The translations under genes and the position numbers were made by a program. A model generated the notes under the pieces. That model had not been told where the DNA came from. It was given only the letters and a program-made list of their open reading frames with translations, and did no database searches. 48,415 bases of DNA from a virus (Duplodnaviria; Caudoviricetes). The stretch covers positions 1-48,415 of the IMG/VR virus record IMGVR_UViG_3300020045_010222; one strand, written 5' to 3'. Shown here piece after piece: positions 17,608 to 27,752 of this stretch. The stretch's first letter is position 1. Each line of letters begins with the position of its first letter.

Positions 17608-20600
17608 ATGGCGGGTGACGGAACTATTACAAGAAAAGAGATAATTACCGACGATTCTTTTACGTGGGGTCCTGAATATGCAAAACAGTTAAAAATTGCT
17701 GATGATGCAAATAATCAATTTAAAATTGGACTAAAAGAAACATATAAAATACTAAATGATATTCGAGGCGTCAAAAGTTCGTCTGAACTTATAGATCAAA
17801 AAAACAAAGAAGTATTGGCTAATCAAAAAGTCATAAATTCACTTAAGCAATTGGAATTAGCCGAGACTTCTATGGAAAAAGTTAAAAAGCTACAAATAGA
17901 AAATTCTAAAAAGCAAATTGATACTGATAGCCAACAAGAAAAACTTAATCAGCAAAAAATAAAAACCCAAAAAGAACAAACTGTTTTAGAACAACAGCTA
18001 AATAAGTTATCAATTGAAAAAGAAAAACTTCAAAAAGAAGGATTGAACACAAACAAAGCTTTAATTCAGTCTTTAATACAAGAAGAAAAATTAAAAAAAG
18101 AGCAGTTAGATGTAAAATCTAAAGAATTACGAATAATAAATCAAGAGGAAGCGGCTAAAAAAAGAAATACTAAGCTTACTATTGAAGAGCGTATTCAGAA
18201 CGAAATAAATAATCGTACACTTAAACAGGCTGCTTTAGATAAATTAGGTTTAGTTGGTGCGTATGCTAAATTAAACGCCGCCAGAACTCAAGCTAAAAGA
18301 ACGCTTTTAGATCTATTGGCTGCCGAAAACCAAGACACAAAAGCTATAAAAGAAGCAACAAAAGCTTTTGAAGATTTAGATAAACGTGTTCGTTCCGCGG
18401 ATAAAGCCGTGGGGGATTTCACTAAAAACGTAGGTAATTACCCGACTTTTAAAGGTCTTGCAGGAAATCTTAGAGATTTAGCAGGCGCGTTTGGTTTGGT
18501 TGGAGGAATTCAAACTTTTGCGAATATACTTGGTGATGCATATAAAACAATTAAAGAGTTTGAACAATCATTAGCAGATTTGCAGTCCATTACAGGTGCA
18601 AGTGGCAAAGATTTAGATTTTCTTAAAAATTCAGCCATTGATTTAGGTCAAAAAGTAGAAGGAGGTGCAAAGGCTGTTGTTGAGGCTTATAAATTAATTG
18701 CCGGCGCAAAACCGGAATTACTAGACAACGTACAAGCTTTAAACGCTGTTACTGAAGCGGCTATTACATTATCTCAGGCTGCAGGAATGGAACTTCCGGA
18801 AGCTGCAACCGCCTTAACTGACGCTATGAATCAATTTGGAGCCGATGCAAGTCGAGCACAAGAATTTATTGATGCTTTAGCTAATGGTGCAAAATTTGGA
18901 TCTGCTGAGATACCTCAATTAACCGAAGCATTATTAAAATTTGGTGCTGTTGCCCGTAGTTCAAATGTTAGCATTCAAGAATCTGCGGCATTAGTTGAAT
19001 TATTAGCTGAAAATGGATTAAAAGGAGCTGAAGCCGGAACAGCATTAAGAAATATTTTACTTAAAATATCTGCACCAGACGCTTTGCCTAAAACAGCTGT
19101 TAAAGAACTGAACAGGTTAGGTGTTTCTATGGAAACTTTAAGGGATTCTTCTATTCCTGTTCAACAAAGACTAGAAGCATTAAAACCATTATTAAAAGAT
19201 AATGCATCAATTGTAAAAGTGTTTGGTGTGGAAAACGCGACTTCTGCAATTAACGTACTTTCTCATACGGATAGATTGAAAGAATTAACCGGTCAAATGG
19301 GAGAATTTGGAACCGCAGAGGAACAAGCTAAAATAAGAATGGACACATTAACAGGTAAAACTGAGGTATTAAAAAGTACTTATGATAGCTTTATATTGTC
19401 TATTGGAAATGGTTCCGGCACTATTACTGATTTCTTTAAGTTTTTTATTGATGGGGCTACAGGAGCGTTGCAATCACTGATTAGATTAAACACTTCTTGG
19501 GATGAATTATACGCTAAGTCTAAACAACAAGGTTCTGCTCAAGGGGCAAAAGACTTTACAACAAGGTTAAGTTTCGCAATGTCTTTTGGTTCTAAAGATG
19601 AAGAAGGACAGCTTGAATCCATAAGAAAAGCGGCTTTTAATCAAAGAAAGGTTTTATATGAAGAATATGTAAAAAACCAAAAAGCATTAAAAAACTTTAA
19701 TCCTTATGCACTTAATTTTTCAGGTGTTAGTGGAAAAGATTTGAAAAAACGTAAAGAAGAATTATTACGTGCAATTGCATTAGAAGAAGAAGTTATAAAC
19801 CAAGCTACTGCGAGGCAGTCAGCATTAAAAAACCCGAAAAAACCTGAAGAAAAAACAAATAATGCCACTTTAACAGGTCCGACCGATAAAGAAATAAAAG
19901 ATAGATTAAAAGCACTTAAAGCTTTAAGCGATGCAGCGTTTAATTTAAAGAAAGAAGAGCTTGAAAGAAATATTAAAATAAATCAGGAAATTACTGATGA
20001 TGTTGAATTGAACGATGATATTAGGATTGCTTCTGCTGAAAACGTAAAAGATGCTAATTTTGAATTAATCGAACTTACCAGGCAAAACCAATTAGATCAA
20101 GATAAGTTTGTTTTAGCTAATGAAAAACTTAACGCTGATCAAAAAATTTTAATTCAATATCAATCCTTATCAAAACAAGTAGATGCGGTTCGAAAAACCG
20201 AAGCTGACATAAAAAAAATTCGCGAATTTAGTTTTAAAGAATATGAAGATGATTTAAAAAGAGGAACAAGTTTAGTTTCTATTTCAAATGATAACGCGAT
20301 AGCTGAAGAAAATAGAAGATTTGAACTACTTAGAAAAGCAGGATTTAAAAATCAAAAAGAAGCAGAAAAAGCGGCTGAAAAACATGAGCAAAACCTTTTT
20401 AATATTAAAAAAGCAGGGGCAATTGCTCAATTAAAAATACAGCTTGGAACTGTAGAAGATACATTAAATGATTATGAAGCTCAATCGGATGGATCTAAAA
20501 AATCGCAGGATTTAATTTTAGCTAAAAGAGCGGAAATTGCAAAACTTAGTAAGGAAATAACCGAAGCGGAAGCGCAATTTTTTATAAAAAAAGAGGGTGA

Positions 20601-21429
20601 AAAAGAATTGACGGCAAGGGAAAAAGCCGAACAAATACTTGATATATCTTCAAAACTTACTGATGCTTTAAATAGTATTGCAAATGCATTATTTGAAGGT
20701 AATATTCAAAATATAGAAGTTGAGATTGACAAAAACAATGAAAAATATGACAAGTTAATCGAGGCTGCTGAAGGAAATGAAAAACAACAGGATTTACTGG
20801 AAAAAGAAAGAGATAAAAAAAATGATCAACTAGAAGAAAAGAAAAAGAAAGAGCAACGTAAACAAGCTGTTGCAAATAAAGCTGCTGCTATCGCACAAGC
20901 TGCTATTTCTACTGCATTGGCTGTTATACAAGCTTACGCTCAATTAGGTCCTATTGGGGGAACTTTTGGAGCTGTGTTAGTTGCAGCAGTTGGAGCTATT
21001 CAAATCGCAGCTATTGCCGCAACGCCTATACCAAAATACAAAACCGGTAGAAAAGGTGGTAAAAAAGAAACAGCTATTGTTGGGGATGGTGGTGTTTCTG
21101 AGGTTATTGAACGCAGAAACGGTAAAGTTGAACTTACGCCGTCACGTGATACTTTGGTTGAATTAGGTTCTGGCGATAATGTTTACAAAGATATTGAAGA
21201 TTATAAGCGTAATGGTCGCATGTCGGTTATGAAAAGCTTAGATGTAGAAGGTAAAAAAGTAAATGAATATTTCAATATTACTTTAGATCGAGATAGATAC
21301 GGAAAGGAAATTGTAACTGAATTAAAAGAGGTTGTAAAATCTGTGAAAAGAATCAAGTTAAAACACTCTCAGCAAAAACCAAGTGATTTAAATCATGAAC
21401 TTTGGAAATATAAAAACATTAAATCATAA
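17608..21429 (+). CDS. Tail tape measure protein (TP901-type core)
   Basis: 1273 aa, coiled coil, FEQSLADLQSITGA...LKGAEAGTALRN core, hydrophobic C-terminal segment. Confidence 0.95.
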   Translation: MAGDGTITRKEIITDDSFTWGPEYAKQLKIADDANNQFKIGLKETYKILNDIRGVKSSSELIDQKNKEVLANQKVINSLKQLELAETSMEKVKKLQIENSKKQIDTDSQQEKLNQQKIKTQKEQTVLEQQLNKLSIEKEKLQKEGLNTNKALIQSLIQEEKLKKEQLDVKSKELRIINQEEAAKKRNTKLTIEERIQNEINNRTLKQAALDKLGLVGAYAKLNAARTQAKRTLLDLLAAENQDTKAIKEATKAFEDLDKRVRSADKAVGDFTKNVGNYPTFKGLAGNLRDLAGAFGLVGGIQTFANILGDAYKTIKEFEQSLADLQSITGASGKDLDFLKNSAIDLGQKVEGGAKAVVEAYKLIAGAKPELLDNVQALNAVTEAAITLSQAAGMELPEAATALTDAMNQFGADASRAQEFIDALANGAKFGSAEIPQLTEALLKFGAVARSSNVSIQESAALVELLAENGLKGAEAGTALRNILLKISAPDALPKTAVKELNRLGVSMETLRDSSIPVQQRLEALKPLLKDNASIVKVFGVENATSAINVLSHTDRLKELTGQMGEFGTAEEQAKIRMDTLTGKTEVLKSTYDSFILSIGNGSGTITDFFKFFIDGATGALQSLIRLNTSWDELYAKSKQQGSAQGAKDFTTRLSFAMSFGSKDEEGQLESIRKAAFNQRKVLYEEYVKNQKALKNFNPYALNFSGVSGKDLKKRKEELLRAIALEEEVINQATARQSALKNPKKPEEKTNNATLTGPTDKEIKDRLKALKALSDAAFNLKKEELERNIKINQEITDDVELNDDIRIASAENVKDANFELIELTRQNQLDQDKFVLANEKLNADQKILIQYQSLSKQVDAVRKTEADIKKIREFSFKEYEDDLKRGTSLVSISNDNAIAEENRRFELLRKAGFKNQKEAEKAAEKHEQNLFNIKKAGAIAQLKIQLGTVEDTLNDYEAQSDGSKKSQDLILAKRAEIAKLSKEITEAEAQFFIKKEGEKELTAREKAEQILDISSKLTDALNSIANALFEGNIQNIEVEIDKNNEKYDKLIEAAEGNEKQQDLLEKERDKKNDQLEEKKKKEQRKQAVANKAAAIAQAAISTALAVIQAYAQLGPIGGTFGAVLVAAVGAIQIAAIAATPIPKYKTGRKGGKKETAIVGDGGVSEVIERRNGKVELTPSRDTLVELGSGDNVYKDIEDYKRNGRMSVMKSLDVEGKKVNEYFNITLDRDRYGKEIVTELKEVVKSVKRIKLKHSQQKPSDLNHELWKYKNIKS

Positions 21430-21438
21430 CTTTGTGAT

Positions 21439-23679
21439 ATGGGAAATGTAAATCAAGGTTACAACGATCGTGTTCAGTACTTTCTGGATAATATCCGAAT
21501 GGGGCAATTATTAATAGTTGAGCCAGAAGGATGGGATAGCGACGAAAAAGAATATCAGAGGCATAAGGATTACGGGGGAATGTTTCCCCAGTTTTCCAAT
21601 GCTTTAAAGTTTTTAAAAAATGGTGCCGATTATATCCGTGATGTGCGTAAATTTTACGGCATAAATGAAGAGATCAGACTTACAAGACGTGAAAAGAATC
21701 CCAATACTGATATCTGGGAAACAACGTATTTTGGTTTTCTGGATCTTTCAACTTATGAATATGAAGATAGAAAAGTTTCTGTTAAATTCAATTCCGGAGG
21801 ATTAGAACAATCTTTAAAATCCAGAGATGGTGATGATTTTGAAATTGATAGAGAAACAACGGCTGACGGTTACGCAATGAATCCGCTTATTCCTATAGAA
21901 ATTCAATTAGATGGTAGAAATATAAACTTGATTACTGACTTTGTGATTAGGCCCGAAAACAATAAAGTTCTTCTTGATAATTCTACTAATGATGGTAATA
22001 CAAGGGGATCTATTGTTTCAATTCCTTTATCGTTAAAGAATAAATCTCATGAAAACGCACAAGAACCATTGCCGGGATCAAATGTAAATGACAATTCATA
22101 TCCTAAAACAGGTGCAGGAGAAACCGGAAATATGTTTTTTGCTAATTCTGATAAAGACAGGGTTTTTAGGCTGAGTTTTTCAATTGATTTTACTGTTAAT
22201 TGTTTGGCGTATGATGATTTAGAAGCTAGTAATTTTATTGCATCTCTAACAACTTATAAAGATGGTGTTGATTACACTTACAAAAGCAATGTAGTTTTAA
22301 AATCAATTAATGGTTTCGCAGGAATAAGTAATAAAAGATATAATATTGCATTCGACCAAAATGTTACACTTTTGCAAGGGGAAAGTTTGTCTTTGTTTGT
22401 TGGTCAAACAATGGATGGAAGATCTTCTTTGTATAATGCAAGAATGACTGTTGAAGTAAAAGATTTTTCCGGATTTTTAAAAGTAGATGAAAATTCTTTT
22501 TATAATAAAACTATTACTAAAGGAATTCTTTTGTTTGAATTATGCGATAGACTTACAGAGATATGTACCAATAAAAAAAATGCTTTCAAAAGCAATTTGT
22601 TAGGGCGTACGGATTTGGGTTACGCTCAAGATGGTGAATGGTCTTTAATTTCTGCAAGCCATGGTTTTTGGGTTCGTCAGTTTGATAAATTGCCAATCCC
22701 AACAGAAGGACCGCCAAAAGTGGAAAATCTTTTTAAGCCTATGACATTGAGTTTTAAATCAAATTACGATTCTTTACAATCAATTTTAAATATAGGTATT
22801 GGAATTGAAAATGATGGTAACCGGGAATACGTAAGACTAGAAAAGCTATCATATTTTTACAATAAAAATGTGTTAATTAGACTGCCAAATCAAGCAAAAA
22901 ACGTAAAACGTCGAGAATTGGCAGATCAAGATTATAGTTCTTTAGAAATAGGTTACGAAAAAGTAATTGATTATGAGGAGGCTATGGGATTAGATGAGCC
23001 AAATGCAAAAACAAAATGGACCACATTTATAAGCCGAGTTAAAAACCCTTTTACAAAAACTTCAACGCATCGTGCCGATAGTTACGGGATGGAGTTTGCA
23101 AGGCGAAAAGATGTAGTTAATTTTGGTACTGAAGATACTAAATACGATTCAGATATATTTTTGTCAGATAACAAAAGAGGGCTGAACCAGGTGTTTTTAC
23201 AGCGTAAATGGCAGGATGATTTTGAGAAAATGCCCACAGGTATTTTTAGCCCGGAAACAGCAACAAATTTAAGATTGTCGCCTTTATACATGATGTTACG
23301 ACATGGTTGGGTTATAACCGCAGGATTACAAACATATTTAAGTGAGTTTGTACGTTACGCAAGCAGTACATTAAATTCAAGATTAAAAACTAAAATGATT
23401 GGTAGACCGGAATACGCTGAAAACGGCAATATTTTAAATGCTGAATTAGAAAAAGCTAGATACGTAACGGAGGAAATTAGTTTTGACCATGAATGTACTT
23501 TTGATGTAATGACACAGGTTAACGGATATACAGAAATTTTAGGCGAAAGAATTCGTAACTTGTACGGACTTGTAGAATTCATAAATGAAGATAATGAGAT
23601 TGAAAGAGCATTTCTTCAAAACTTAAAACCTAATTCAGAAGGGAAGTGGGTAGTAATTAAATTTAACGATAAATTATAA
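21439..23679 (+). CDS. Tail/baseplate structural protein
   Basis: 746 aa immediately after tape measure; EPEGW N-terminal motif. Confidence 0.75.
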   Translation: MGNVNQGYNDRVQYFLDNIRMGQLLIVEPEGWDSDEKEYQRHKDYGGMFPQFSNALKFLKNGADYIRDVRKFYGINEEIRLTRREKNPNTDIWETTYFGFLDLSTYEYEDRKVSVKFNSGGLEQSLKSRDGDDFEIDRETTADGYAMNPLIPIEIQLDGRNINLITDFVIRPENNKVLLDNSTNDGNTRGSIVSIPLSLKNKSHENAQEPLPGSNVNDNSYPKTGAGETGNMFFANSDKDRVFRLSFSIDFTVNCLAYDDLEASNFIASLTTYKDGVDYTYKSNVVLKSINGFAGISNKRYNIAFDQNVTLLQGESLSLFVGQTMDGRSSLYNARMTVEVKDFSGFLKVDENSFYNKTITKGILLFELCDRLTEICTNKKNAFKSNLLGRTDLGYAQDGEWSLISASHGFWVRQFDKLPIPTEGPPKVENLFKPMTLSFKSNYDSLQSILNIGIGIENDGNREYVRLEKLSYFYNKNVLIRLPNQAKNVKRRELADQDYSSLEIGYEKVIDYEEAMGLDEPNAKTKWTTFISRVKNPFTKTSTHRADSYGMEFARRKDVVNFGTEDTKYDSDIFLSDNKRGLNQVFLQRKWQDDFEKMPTGIFSPETATNLRLSPLYMMLRHGWVITAGLQTYLSEFVRYASSTLNSRLKTKMIGRPEYAENGNILNAELEKARYVTEEISFDHECTFDVMTQVNGYTEILGERIRNLYGLVEFINEDNEIERAFLQNLKPNSEGKWVVIKFNDKL

Positions 23680-23683
23680 GAAA

Positions 23684-25720
23684 ATGGCATTTTCAAAAAT
23701 AACAATACAGTTTAATTCTGTCCCTAATATTAATGATACTTTATCATTTGATTTCGAAGGAGTAGATCAAGCTGCTCGTATAAACGAAGGTTTTAGGACT
23801 AGCAGATTAGGTTCTTATCAGGTACAATTACCTAAATTTGTATACGACGATTCGATTGGCGAAAGTAAATATATTGGATATATATCTGATTTTTATAGAA
23901 ATGCATTTAACCTAGATTGGAACTCGGCTAATATATTTTCGATTCAATCTATTAGGGGGGGTGTTGATTCCGGAATAGGAACGGTTATAATTACTTCTAA
24001 ATTGCCGGGGGGTTATTTTGACGAACCATTTACAACTGTTTCCGGCGTAGTTTTTACAATTGAAAACGAACCTTTAGTTCCTGAAATACATATTACAGAT
24101 ATTAATTTTACTACAGCAACAACCAATCAATGTCAAAACATAAAAGTAAATGTTACAACAGATATTTTAGCTACAAAAGTTTTAAGCCCAGTTTCGATAA
24201 ACCCAAATACGAATAATCCTTTTTCTTTTGATTATTTACGTGGACAAACGATAAATGTTTTGGTTGAAGATTCAAACGGAAAACAGGCAAATCAAACAAT
24301 TGCTTTACCATCTCCATTAACTGCTTCAAATTTTACTGTAACGGCTAATAATTCGCCAAACGGTGCAACGGCTGTTATAAATAATACAGGATTATCAGGG
24401 TTAACATTGCAATACTCTTTGGATAATGCCACATGGCAAAGTTCAAACGTATTCCCAGGCTTGGAAGTTGGGGATTTTACCGCTTATATTCGTGATCAAT
24501 ATGGATGCTCAACATCGTTAAATTTTAGTGTTTCAGAGTTTAATATTTCTGAACCTTATTTCCTTTATCCAAAATCAAACAGTATTAGATTGGCTGAACG
24601 CGTTGTTTGGGATTACATTAATATTTTTAAAACTGATGAAAATACATTAAGCTGTGAAAGTGATGTTGAATTGCCTTATAAAGAGGTTCAAGAATGGCAA
24701 TCATCTGATGTTATTACAAATCAATTTAGATCAAATTATGAATCAAACATAGTTACAGCCGAAAAATTAGACGGCAACATTACTAATATTCCAATCACAA
24801 AGAAAACGCAAAACATAGGTATTAAAGATAAGCGTGATGCAATTCAGTACAATTTAGGCTCCGGGAAAACTGGAATTTATTTTAATGCCGGAAATACCTA
24901 TGATTTCGATACGGGTACCGTAAATGGAAGTTATCTATTAAATGGTGGGCGTCCTGAATGGGCTTTAATTGGGAATTATATTCAAATTGGTTTATCATGG
25001 TTTCAAATTGAACAAATATTATACAGCGAAGAAAAAGCGTCTGATATTTTAGTGATATCAAATGTTTATACCGGCGTTGAGGTTTCTATAATAGCCGGGT
25101 CAATTTACAACAGAGAAAATTTTGAGGTTTACGAATATACCGTTAATATGGCATTATTTTTAAACTCAGATTTCAGAACTAAACTTGTTGCGTCAGATCC
25201 AAATTTTGGAACCAAAACATTCTTGAGTGAACAGATTAATGTTCAACTAAAAAGAGCTGATTTATTAGAAATAAAATATAAAAACTCAACGAATACCGAT
25301 ATCAATTATTCAACTGGAATAACGCATTTAATACGTGTGCCATTCAATAAATTATCGGGAAAGTATGAAGATGAAAGTGAGACCTATAAAACCGACACAA
25401 CAGCCATTCTTTTAGGTTCAGAATTGTTTGAATTAGATGAAATATTATTAGAACCAAATACTAAGGAGATTTGGCGAAAAATAAATATAGCTTTATCACA
25501 CGATACAATTGAGGTTAACGGGGTTGGATATGTAAAATCGGCAGGATTTACAACGGAAGGACCTTTGGGCGACACAAATTTATATGTTTTAACCGCTTCT
25601 ATGATTAAAATCGGTAATGTTTACAATGGTAATTCTGGTAATGGTTTTGGTTATACAGATGAAGAAAATGTTGAAATACCTAATTTATTAGAATCAGATT
25701 CAGGATATATCGAAATTTAA
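23684..25720 (+). CDS. Tail structural protein with Ig-like domains
   Basis: YSLDNATWQSSNVFPGL...Y IRDQYGC beta-sandwich motif. Confidence 0.75.
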   Translation: MAFSKITIQFNSVPNINDTLSFDFEGVDQAARINEGFRTSRLGSYQVQLPKFVYDDSIGESKYIGYISDFYRNAFNLDWNSANIFSIQSIRGGVDSGIGTVIITSKLPGGYFDEPFTTVSGVVFTIENEPLVPEIHITDINFTTATTNQCQNIKVNVTTDILATKVLSPVSINPNTNNPFSFDYLRGQTINVLVEDSNGKQANQTIALPSPLTASNFTVTANNSPNGATAVINNTGLSGLTLQYSLDNATWQSSNVFPGLEVGDFTAYIRDQYGCSTSLNFSVSEFNISEPYFLYPKSNSIRLAERVVWDYINIFKTDENTLSCESDVELPYKEVQEWQSSDVITNQFRSNYESNIVTAEKLDGNITNIPITKKTQNIGIKDKRDAIQYNLGSGKTGIYFNAGNTYDFDTGTVNGSYLLNGGRPEWALIGNYIQIGLSWFQIEQILYSEEKASDILVISNVYTGVEVSIIAGSIYNRENFEVYEYTVNMALFLNSDFRTKLVASDPNFGTKTFLSEQINVQLKRADLLEIKYKNSTNTDINYSTGITHLIRVPFNKLSGKYEDESETYKTDTTAILLGSELFELDEILLEPNTKEIWRKINIALSHDTIEVNGVGYVKSAGFTTEGPLGDTNLYVLTASMIKIGNVYNGNSGNGFGYTDEENVEIPNLLESDSGYIEI

Positions 25721-25764
25721 TTTATATTTGTAACGCTATTTGTTTTTTGTTATTTTGGAGAACG

Positions 25765-25799
25765 AAAAAAGCCGTATCGATTATGATACGGCTTTTTTT
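25765..25799. terminator. Bidirectional terminator
   Basis: AAAAAAGCCGTATC/GATACGGCTTTTTTT between convergent genes. Confidence 0.9.
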
Positions 25800-26091
25800 A
25801 TTTATTATTGATTTCGTCTATTAAAATCTTTCTGACTTTATCTGCTTTGTTTAAGTGTTTTGGAATTTCTTTTCTAATAGTTTCAAATAAACTAATTACA
25901 CCTTTTTCATGTCTTGAAAGTGTAGTTTTTCCAAGGTTCTCATAAAATACTTTCAAAAAAGCATCTGTACCAAAAACAGTAAATTCTTTTAAAGCCCTTG
26001 CTTCATCTTCTGTTAATTCGATATTTATTTTTAACTCGAATTGCGATTGTGATTTTATTTTTTCCATAATTTTTTCATAAATTAAGTTCAT
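25798..26091 (-). CDS. Hypothetical protein (inverted cassette)
   Basis: LTEDEARAL...FGTDAFL..FY..LG pattern. Confidence 0.7.
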   Translation of the reverse strand: MNLIYEKIMEKIKSQSQFELKINIELTEDEARALKEFTVFGTDAFLKVFYENLGKTTLSRHEKGVISLFETIRKEIPKHLNKADKVRKILIDEINNK

Positions 26092-26440
26092 ATTTTAGTG
26101 TTTTTTCTGTTATTAAAGCGTTGTAAAACACAATAGCCTTGTTTTCAAAAGAGGGGTGAACTTGTACTCCACAAAAAAACATATTTGTTATGGTTATGTG
26201 AGTGCTAATTTCTGATCGTTTTGGTCGTTCATAATTTAGAAATTCAATTAAATATTGCGGAATGAAAAGTAAAATATCTTCGTTTTCGCAATTAGTTTTT
26301 TCTATGATATCAGACTGACTATTAACAACAAATTCAATCAATAAGTTTAAATTGATTATTTGAAATTCATATGTTTTTACATTGCCATTGTCGTTATAAT
26401 GTATTAAAAAAGGCTGTTTCATTTTTTTTATTTTCTCCAA
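26075..26440 (-). CDS. Hypothetical protein (inverted cassette)
   Basis: Overlapping minus-strand ORF chain. Confidence 0.65.
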   Translation of the reverse strand: MEKIKKMKQPFLIHYNDNGNVKTYEFQIINLNLLIEFVVNSQSDIIEKTNCENEDILLFIPQYLIEFLNYERPKRSEISTHITITNMFFCGVQVHPSFENKAIVFYNALITEKTLKYELNL

Positions 26441-26628
26441 AATCCTTTCTGGAAGTTATCAATTTTTTGTTCGTTACTCGATTCTGTTGTGTAATCTACG
26501 GTAATTAAATCACCTTTAAAACCTACACAAACGCCTACTGCAGTTTTATCATCGTAATCATGAAAAACAGTATCGCCAATATTTATGTCTTTTGGGTTAG
26601 CGAATAGATTCATATTAAATAGATTCAA
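26428..26628 (-). CDS. Hypothetical SH3-like protein (inverted cassette)
   Basis: INIGDTVFH...GVCVG. Confidence 0.6.
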   Translation of the reverse strand: MNLFNMNLFANPKDINIGDTVFHDYDDKTAVGVCVGFKGDLITVDYTTESSNEQKIDNFQKGFWRK

Positions 26629-26875
26629 ATTCTTTTTTACGTAGTCTTTGATTTATTTTGTTGTTTCGTTTTACTCTATAGCTTGCAAATTCGTAATATC
26701 TTTTCATTAATTCACCAATAGAATAAATAAAGTTATCAAATCCGTCTTCTGAATAATAAATTCCTGTTTTTTTGTCTTTAAATAAGTATTCAGGATTCCT
26801 TAAGAATTGATATCTTTTTTCAATGACTTTAATTTCAAATCTTTTTCTTATTTGTTTTAATAATTTTGATTTCAT
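26615..26875 (-). CDS. Hypothetical basic protein (paralog of 4098-4376)
   Basis: MKSKLLKQIRKRF N-terminus. Confidence 0.65.
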   Translation of the reverse strand: MKSKLLKQIRKRFEIKVIEKRYQFLRNPEYLFKDKKTGIYYSEDGFDNFIYSIGELMKRYYEFASYRVKRNNKINQRLRKKEFESI

Positions 26876-26882
26876 TTGCTAC

Positions 26883-27125
26883 TTAATTTTTAGGTTTAAT
26901 TACAACTTCTAAAACTTCCAATAAAACAATTTCTTTAGTCGATTTCCAAAATTTACGACCGTCTAAGTTCTGTAATTTAATCCATTCGTTTGACGGGGAT
27001 ATTTCCAAAACTTTAAATTCTTGACACAATACTTTTGTTTTGTCGAAATATTGATTCTTTTCGCCTGTTAAAATTCTTCTGTTTAACAAATCTTTCAGTT
27101 CTACTTTTTTTGTTTCTTCGCTCAT
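26883..27125 (-). CDS. Hypothetical protein (inverted cassette)
   Basis: VLEISPSNEWIKL pattern; ATGA overlap. Confidence 0.7.
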   Translation of the reverse strand: MSEETKKVELKDLLNRRILTGEKNQYFDKTKVLCQEFKVLEISPSNEWIKLQNLDGRKFWKSTKEIVLLEVLEVVIKPKN

Positions 27126-27430
27126 TTGCTATTTAATTTTTGTTGTTTAAATCTGTTAATGTTATTTAATGCTTCATCGCTAAACAAGAATATTGAATCA
27201 TCATCTATCCAATGGTGAGATAAATCCATAAAAGTATCTGCTTGGGATTTTTTAATTATTTTTAGTCCTAAAACATTAAATTCTTTTGCTTCTTCTTGAT
27301 TAGTTTGTTTTGCTAATTCTGAATATTTAATATCTGAAATTACCAAATTATTATATCCATTTTCGATATTTATTTGTGCTTTTTCAGCAAAATATTTCAA
27401 TAAATCGTAAGCGCTGTCTTTGTTATCCAT
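27122..27430 (-). CDS. Hypothetical protein (inverted cassette)
   Basis: Coupled ORF. Confidence 0.65.
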   Translation of the reverse strand: MDNKDSAYDLLKYFAEKAQINIENGYNNLVISDIKYSELAKQTNQEEAKEFNVLGLKIIKKSQADTFMDLSHHWIDDDSIFLFSDEALNNINRFKQQKLNSK

Positions 27431-27642
27431 TAGTTTAAGTTATTTAAAATATTTTCTCTGGTTTGATCATCTATAATATGAATGTTTTTATGTTCGTGGT
27501 GATGGTGATGAACTGAATTATCAATAAACGTATATTTATCCTCTTTCTTTTTTGGAAAAAACAAATCGAATATAGATAAAGCAATCATTCTGCCAATGTA
27601 GCCGAACAAAATAAAACCGCCAATAATTATAAATACTACCAT
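27430..27642 (-). CDS. Small membrane protein with His tract
   Basis: N-terminal TM helix; VHHHHHEHKNIHI. Confidence 0.7.
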   Translation of the reverse strand: MVVFIIIGGFILFGYIGRMIALSIFDLFFPKKKEDKYTFIDNSVHHHHHEHKNIHIIDDQTRENILNNLN

Positions 27643-27646
27643 AAAA

Positions 27647-27732
27647 CAAAATTAATCTAAAAAACAAATCGTGAAACATGAAATCGTAGTTTATATTGAT
27701 TATAAATAGTATAGAAAAATTGATTACATTTG
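27647..27732. promoter_or_regulatory. Divergent promoters around Fur-box-like copy 3 (27689-27707)
   Basis: Minus-strand TAATTTTG at 27647-27654; GTTTATATTGATTATAAAT; plus-strand TACATTTG at 27725-27732. Confidence 0.6.
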
Positions 27733-27752
27733 TGTTTTAAAACAGTAACAAA

